From IMG/VR virus record IMGVR_UViG_3300042890_000947, positions 22,230 to 86,229 of that record: a stretch of DNA of 64,000 nucleotides; one strand, 5' to 3'. Position 1 is the first letter of the stretch, and the number at the start of each line of letters is the position of its first letter. Below the pieces are notes generated by a model. The model was not told the DNA's origin and did not search any database. It saw nothing but the letters and a program-made list of their open reading frames with translations. Origin of the DNA: a virus. Below are positions 63,455 to 64,000 of the stretch, in pieces. The position numbers were made by a program, and so were the translations under genes.

Positions 63455-63722
63455 TGTGACTTTACAGAACCATGTTGCTTTGAACCACGAACAGGCCGGT
63501 AGTCTTGTTGCTCAGGTTCTAAAAGAAGACTTTGAGTTTATCTCTAAGGAAGTTGCCGAACTTATCCATAAGCGCGATAAGTTGGAACGCCATCAAATGG
63601 AAGACCTTTCCAACAATGTCGAAATGCGCGATGCTATGAAGTCGTTGCTTCGTTATTACCTCACTCATAATGATTACACCGAGTTTATGGAACTCCAGAG
63701 GGTGTATGGCAATGTTGAATAA
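63447..63722 (+). CDS. Hypothetical protein
   Basis: Overlapping start/stop in operon. Confidence 0.5.
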   Translation: MYNVTLQNHVALNHEQAGSLVAQVLKEDFEFISKEVAELIHKRDKLERHQMEDLSNNVEMRDAMKSLLRYYLTHNDYTEFMELQRVYGNVE

Positions 63723-63981
63723 GGCCGAACTCAAGGAACATCTTTCCAGACATGTTGCTGAAATCACTTTCAATAAGGTTGATGGTTCAGTCCGAAAGAT
63801 GAATTGTACGCTAATGACCGACTATCTTCCTCAAGTCATTTCTGAGGAACAGGCCGCTCATGTGCCGCGAGTCCAGACAGACGAGGTTTTGGCCGTCTGG
63901 GATCTTGATAAGCAGGGTTGGCGGTCATTCCGTCTCGACTCAATCATAAATGTTAACTATATAGGAGTGAATAGAGTATAA
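63712..63981 (+). CDS. SH3/WYL-like beta-barrel protein (DUF2693-like)
   Basis: ITFNKVDGSVRKMNCTL..VWDLDKQGWRSFRLDS. Confidence 0.75.
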   Translation: MLNKAELKEHLSRHVAEITFNKVDGSVRKMNCTLMTDYLPQVISEEQAAHVPRVQTDEVLAVWDLDKQGWRSFRLDSIINVNYIGVNRV

Positions 63982-64000
63982 TGCCACATCCACATAAGAA

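Overview
A 64-kb segment of a large T4-like myovirus genome, almost all on the + strand, most likely infecting an alphaproteobacterium (tRNA-His lacking G-1 with A73, ROSE-type hsp20 leader, L,D-transpeptidase, class II RNR). Left to right: a ~16-kb glycan/methylation island around hsp20 and pstS; a core replication block (gp43, uvsX, probable gp40, gp41); early small-gene blocks behind a 73-bp composite promoter present in 4 copies; a ~9-kb array of 31 tRNAs covering all 20 amino acids, interleaved with structured non-tRNA RNAs, an HNH gene and auxiliary genes; late genes that look like internal-head or injected proteins (ligase-like, HAD, a multi-enzyme polyprotein); a lysis cassette; primase, thyX, nrdJ and homing-type nucleases. 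The most notable candidate system is translation rescue: a leader-peptide attenuator gating most of the tRNA array, non-canonical tRNAs (D-armless Arg-ACG, long-V-arm Ile-UAU and Thr-UGU), a family of ~90-110 nt kissing-loop RNAs (some with an acceptor stem and CCA), and a possible virion-delivered RNA-repair kit. All calls come from reading the sequence by eye; no database searches or folding programs were run.
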